A DNA stretch of 20,000 bases from the IMG/VR virus record IMGVR_UViG_3300006922_000015; one strand, given 5' to 3'. Shown one piece after another: positions 15,937 to 20,000 of the stretch; position 1 is the first letter of the stretch, and every line of letters begins with the position of its first letter. A program made the position numbers and the translations under genes. The DNA is from an uncultured virus (IMG/VR IMGVR_UViG_3300006922_000015) (lineage: Duplodnaviria > Heunggongvirae > Uroviricota > Caudoviricetes). The notes beneath the pieces are model-generated. The model was not told the origin of the DNA. It did no database searches and worked only from the letters and a program-made list of their open reading frames with translations.

Positions 15937-17650
15937 AACTATTCGTTATAAAAACTTCTTATCTAGTGGGAATAACTTCACTGAGATAACTCTGAATACT
16001 CATACTAATAATGTAATCATCGGAAAGAATGGTGCTGGTAAGAGTACTCTACTAGATGCTCTTACTTTTGTTTTATTCAATAAACCTTTTCGTAGGATTA
16101 ACAAACCTCAACTTGTTAATACTATTAATGGTAAGGATTGTCTTATAGAGGTTGAGTTCTCTCAGGGTAATAAAAAGTATAAGGTTGTCCGTGGCATGAA
16201 ACCTAATCTCTTTGAGGTTTATGTTGATGGAGAAATGCTGAACCAAGATGCTGCTACTGGAGATCAGCAGAAGTTCCTAGAACAAACGATCCTCAAACTT
16301 AACTATAAATCGTTTACCCAGATTGTTGTTCTGGGATCTTCTACGTTCATTCCATTCATGCAGTTGCCGATAGCATCACGTCGTGAAATTATTGAGGATC
16401 TTTTAGATATTCAAGTGTTCTCTACCATGAATACTAATCTCAAAGATCGCATGAAGCGATTAAACGATGATATTCGCTTCACCGAAAAGGATCTTGATCT
16501 AGTAAAGCATCGTATAGAGACACAAGAAGAACTCATAAAGGAACTCGAAACACAAAGTGATAACCTGATTGATTATAAGCAGGATAAAATCGGTAAACTC
16601 ATTACGCAAAGTGATGAAGTAGTTGAGGAAAATAATAATACTAACGAATATATCAAAGAAAGACAGTCTCTGTTATTTGACGGTGATAAACTTTCAAAAA
16701 AGTATGATAATTTAAAAGAATTTAAAGTAAAATTTAAAACTAAGGTTAATAACTTAGAAAAAGAAAACATTTTTTACTCTAAAAATGATAAATGTCCTAC
16801 CTGTAAGCAAGATCTTGATGAAAAATTTAAGACTGATAAGATAGATCGTAACAACGATACTATTACAGAGACTAAAAAGGCGTGGGAAATACTGGAGCAA
16901 CAGATAGATGAAGTCAAGGGACAAATTTCTGAATATACAGAAGTCTCTGATGATATTCGCAAACACTATAGCGTGATTGATAAGAATAATTCTCTCATCA
17001 ATCATATGAATAAGCAGATCAAAGAACTAGAAACTGAAATTAAAACTATCCAAGATAGTAAGAATGATTCTAGTAAAGAGCAGGAACAGTTGAATAATCT
17101 TAACGATCAACGTGTAGGTTATGAAAGTATTCTTGCCGCTCACAAAGAGAATAAAGATTACTACAGCGTTGCTGCTAATCTGCTGAAGGATACTGGTATC
17201 AAAACTAGGATTATCAAACGATATCTTCCAGTGATGAATAAACTCATCAACCAATACCTACAGCAGATGGATTTCTTTGTGAACTTCACACTCAGTGAGA
17301 GTTTTGAGGAGACTATCAAGTCTCGTTATAGGGACGACTTTAGTTATGCATCGTTCTCAGAGGGTGAGAAGTCTCGCATTGACATCGCGCTTATGCTAAC
17401 ATGGAGATCCGTTGCTAAGCTCAAGAACAGCGTAGACACCAACCTACTAGTCCTGGACGAGATCTTTGACAGCTCACTTGACAGCACGGGCACTGATGAG
17501 TTATCATTCATATTGAGGAACTTTACGAACGATCTCAACTTGTTTATTATCTCGCACCGAGAACACATGGTCGAGAAATTCGATCGTGTTCTCAAATTTG
17601 ATAAAGTGAAAAATTTTAGTAAAATGGAACAATTGATTAATGGAGATTAA
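15923..17650 (+). CDS. gp46: Recombination ATPase subunit (Rad50/SbcC-like)
   Basis: Walker A GKNGAGKST, coiled coil with a CPTC Zn-hook, signature FSEGE, Walker B LVLDE and H-loop ISH. Confidence 0.96.
   Translation: MIIFETIRYKNFLSSGNNFTEITLNTHTNNVIIGKNGAGKSTLLDALTFVLFNKPFRRINKPQLVNTINGKDCLIEVEFSQGNKKYKVVRGMKPNLFEVYVDGEMLNQDAATGDQQKFLEQTILKLNYKSFTQIVVLGSSTFIPFMQLPIASRREIIEDLLDIQVFSTMNTNLKDRMKRLNDDIRFTEKDLDLVKHRIETQEELIKELETQSDNLIDYKQDKIGKLITQSDEVVEENNNTNEYIKERQSLLFDGDKLSKKYDNLKEFKVKFKTKVNNLEKENIFYSKNDKCPTCKQDLDEKFKTDKIDRNNDTITETKKAWEILEQQIDEVKGQISEYTEVSDDIRKHYSVIDKNNSLINHMNKQIKELETEIKTIQDSKNDSSKEQEQLNNLNDQRVGYESILAAHKENKDYYSVAANLLKDTGIKTRIIKRYLPVMNKLINQYLQQMDFFVNFTLSESFEETIKSRYRDDFSYASFSEGEKSRIDIALMLTWRSVAKLKNSVDTNLLVLDEIFDSSLDSTGTDELSFILRNFTNDLNLFIISHREHMVEKFDRVLKFDKVKNFSKMEQLINGD
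17478..17507 (+). promoter_or_regulatory. Possible sigma70-type promoter in the g46 3' end
   Basis: TTGACA, 18 nt, TATCAT, about 145 nt upstream of ORF 17653. Confidence 0.4.
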
Positions 17651-17652
17651 TT

Positions 17653-17937
17653 ATGAAATACAATGAAGATGCGCTTCTCAAAGAGTTGCGCGATTATATC
17701 TCAGGAACCTATGGACAACATTATTCTGCTGGTAACGACAGTATTCAAACGTTAGATCTTATTGAATCATGTGGAGACGCTGAGGCATTCTGCCGCAGCA
17801 ACATCCTGAAGTATGCTTCCCGCTATGATCGTAAAGGCACTGCCCGTCGTGATATCATTAAGATCCTTCACTACGCATTGCTGCTGCTCCACTTCTCTGA
17901 CAAATCCAACATTACTGAAGAATACCCTAACCGATGA
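17653..17937 (+). CDS. DUF3310-like protein (T7 gp1.7 nucleotide kinase-related family)
   Basis: The pattern HY...IQTLDLI...FCRSNILKYASRY.RKG...DIIKILHY; GGAG RBS. Confidence 0.7.
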   Translation: MKYNEDALLKELRDYISGTYGQHYSAGNDSIQTLDLIESCGDAEAFCRSNILKYASRYDRKGTARRDIIKILHYALLLLHFSDKSNITEEYPNR

Positions 17938-18599
17938 CCATGAAACTGTCTGAAAATACTTTCAATCTTCTTAAAAATTTCTCTGGCATCAACCAGTCTA
18001 TTTCTGTGAAGTCTGGAAATACTATTCGCACCATTTCAGTAGCAGAAAACATTCTTGCTGAAGCAGATGTAGAAGAAACTTTCCCTAAGAATTTTTCTAT
18101 CTATGATCTTAATGAGTTCCTTGGTGGTATGTCGCTGATGCGTGGTGCTGACATGGAGTTTGGTAGCGATCATTATGTAAAAATTAAGAACAATCGTTCT
18201 GCTATTAAGTATTTCTTTGCTGACTCAAGTCTGATTAAGCAGGCACCAGACCAGGGTATTAAAGTACCATCGGCAGATGTAAACTTTATTCTGAGTGAAT
18301 CAGACATTCAAAGTCTTACTCGCGCCGCCGCTGTCTATCAACTTCCAGATTTTTCTGTGATTGGTGATGGCACTGATGTTACTGTTGTTGTCCGCGATAA
18401 GGAGAATGACACATCAAACACTTTCTCTATTAATGTTGGAAAAACTGATGATGAATTTGTCCTCAACATGAAAGTTGAGAACCTGAAACTTATCAGAGGT
18501 GACTACGATGTAGTAATGTCTAAGCGTCTCATCAGTCGCTTTACTAACAAAAGCATTCCTGTCACATACTGGATTGCTTTAGAACCAGACTCCAACTAA
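17934..18599 (+). CDS. gp45: DNA polymerase sliding clamp
   Basis: MKLSENTFNLLKNFSGINQS, IYDLNEFL and YWIALE motifs; upstream of g44. Confidence 0.95.
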   Translation: MTMKLSENTFNLLKNFSGINQSISVKSGNTIRTISVAENILAEADVEETFPKNFSIYDLNEFLGGMSLMRGADMEFGSDHYVKIKNNRSAIKYFFADSSLIKQAPDQGIKVPSADVNFILSESDIQSLTRAAAVYQLPDFSVIGDGTDVTVVVRDKENDTSNTFSINVGKTDDEFVLNMKVENLKLIRGDYDVVMSKRLISRFTNKSIPVTYWIALEPDSN

Positions 18600-18615
18600 A
18601 CTTTATTTTTATATT

Positions 18616-19557
18616 ATGAGCGACCAGTATCTCTGGGTCGAAAAGTATCGTCCTCAAACGATTGACGATTGTATTCTACCAGATAGCATCAAACGTGATC
18701 TTAAGCAACAGGTTGCTGCTGGTGAGTTGAATAACCTTCTTCTCACTGGACCACCTGGTGTAGGTAAGACTACAGCAGCAAAGGCACTCTGTGCCGAACT
18801 TGGACTATCTTATATTGTAATTAATGGATCTGACGAAGGACGCTTTCTGGATACGGTACGGAACCAAGCAAAAACTTTTGCAACGACCGTATCACTTCAA
18901 GGAAGTAAGCACAAAGTCATCATTATTGATGAAGCAGATAACACAGGGAACGATGTACAACTCCTCCTACGGAGTTCTATTGAGGCGTATCATAGCAACT
19001 GCAGATTCATCTTCACCTGCAACTACAAAAACAAAATCATTGACCCCATCCAATCAAGATGTTCAGTCATTGACTTCACCTACAAAGGAAAAGAAAAGGC
19101 AGCTGTTGCGGGGCAATTCTTCAACCGTGTCAGGACTATACTTGAGGCGGAATATGTTGACTATGATAAAAAAGTTGTTGCAGAATTAATTCAAAACCAC
19201 TTTCCTGATTGGCGTCGTGTTCTGAATCAACTTCAGAAGTATGGCAATACTGGTAGTATTGATACTGGTATCCTTGCTGAGATCACTGACTTCAATCTCA
19301 AAGGACTTATGAATGCTCTGAAGAACAAAGAGTTTAATATTGTTCGTAAGTGGGTAGTTGCTAATCTGGATAACGATTTCAATATGGTTAGTCATCGTAT
19401 CTACGAAGCAATGTATGATGTTCTTACACCTGCTACTATTCCAGCAGCGGTTTTGATAATCGCTAAATACCAGTACCAGGCAGCGTTTGCTGCCGATCAG
19501 GAGATTAATCTTCTGGCATGTTTAACCGAAATTATGATGGAGTGTCAATTCAAATGA
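18616..19557 (+). CDS. gp44: Clamp loader large (ATPase) subunit
   Basis: LWVEKYRP, Walker A GPPGVGKT, IIIDEAD, SRC motif and ADQEINL. Confidence 0.96.
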   Translation: MSDQYLWVEKYRPQTIDDCILPDSIKRDLKQQVAAGELNNLLLTGPPGVGKTTAAKALCAELGLSYIVINGSDEGRFLDTVRNQAKTFATTVSLQGSKHKVIIIDEADNTGNDVQLLLRSSIEAYHSNCRFIFTCNYKNKIIDPIQSRCSVIDFTYKGKEKAAVAGQFFNRVRTILEAEYVDYDKKVVAELIQNHFPDWRRVLNQLQKYGNTGSIDTGILAEITDFNLKGLMNALKNKEFNIVRKWVVANLDNDFNMVSHRIYEAMYDVLTPATIPAAVLIIAKYQYQAAFAADQEINLLACLTEIMMECQFK

Positions 19558-19844
19558 ACGTAAAACTAATTCGTATGTCCTCTGGAGAGGATGTGATTGC
19601 TGAAGTCGTCAACCATGACGATAATTCCCTCACATTAAAGAATGGAATTGTAGGTGTTCCTACACAGCAGGGTACACTATCATTTGTAGCATGGTCTCCG
19701 ATGATTAGTAAAGAAGAAAAAGATATCACTGTGTCTACTAAGTTTGTGGTATATGTTGCTGATGCAGCAGAAGAAATTGTTTCTCAGTATGAGCAGATGT
19801 ATTCTCCTATCACAACTCCTGAAAAAAAGAAATTGATTCTTTGA
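19554..19844 (+). CDS. Hypothetical 96-aa protein, possibly Sm-like fold (start revised from 19518)
   Basis: ATGA overlap with the g44 stop and a GGAG upstream. Reads MNVKLIRMSSGEDVIAEV...QMYSPITTPEKKKLIL. Confidence 0.8.
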   Translation: MNVKLIRMSSGEDVIAEVVNHDDNSLTLKNGIVGVPTQQGTLSFVAWSPMISKEEKDITVSTKFVVYVADAAEEIVSQYEQMYSPITTPEKKKLIL

Positions 19845-20000
19845 TGGAAAGAAAAAAAACTACGCCTCAAAATGTGAACGAAGCACATGAAGGTCTCTTC
19901 TATGCTTCTATGAATCTTCCTGCTGCCGCCGCTCATTGTGGCATGACACAGAAAGAACTTAAAATGACCTTCTGGGAATACCTTAAATATCATGAACCAA
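19844..20000 (+). CDS. Hypothetical protein, 3'-truncated (absent from the ORF track)
   Basis: TGATG overlap with the previous ORF and open to the window end: MERKKTTPQNVNEAHEGLFYASMNLPAAAAHCGMTQKELKMTFWEYLKYHEP. The AAAHCGMT stretch is HTH-like. Confidence 0.7.
   Translation, partial: MERKKTTPQNVNEAHEGLFYASMNLPAAAAHCGMTQKELKMTFWEYLKYHEP

Noticed and set aside
19518..19553. N-terminal extension of the ORF ending at 19844
   Set aside because: The ATG at 19554 has an ATGA overlap and an upstream GGAG, so it is the more likely start.
1..20000. tRNAs, CRISPR arrays, introns, inteins, IS elements
   Set aside because: None seen. Core genes are uninterrupted and of ordinary length, and intergenic gaps are short.

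Overview
This window comes from a T4-like myophage, most likely a marine cyanophage (Kyanoviridae-type) judged by gene order and protein signatures. All credible genes are on the + strand. The left half is the late morphogenesis block: g16 (partial), two inserted ORFs, g17, a Zn-finger ORF, g18, g19, g20, a small acidic core-like ORF, g21, g22 and g23. Almost every gene in it has an (A/C)TAAATA late promoter upstream. A terminator-bounded cassette after g23 holds a 57-aa Cys-rich ORF that the ORF track missed. The right half is g3, uvsY, uvsW, an Sm-like ORF, g55, g47, a DUF3110-like ORF, g46, a DUF3310-like ORF, g45, g44 and two hypotheticals. The most interesting signals are regulatory or hidden. 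(i) A divergent pair of sigma70-type promoters upstream of g55 shares one -35 element, and the leftward one (TTGACA-17-TAGAAT) has no ORF to drive, which suggests an antisense or R-loop RNA. (ii) Sigma70 promoters are embedded inside g55 and g46. (iii) The post-g23 cassette is flanked by two near-identical terminators. (iv) A basic modular protein begins with a T4 capsid-targeting-like N-terminus. (v) g44 may contain an overprinted +1-frame ORF, coinciding with rare codons. Family assignments come from recognised motifs and synteny; no database searches were run.
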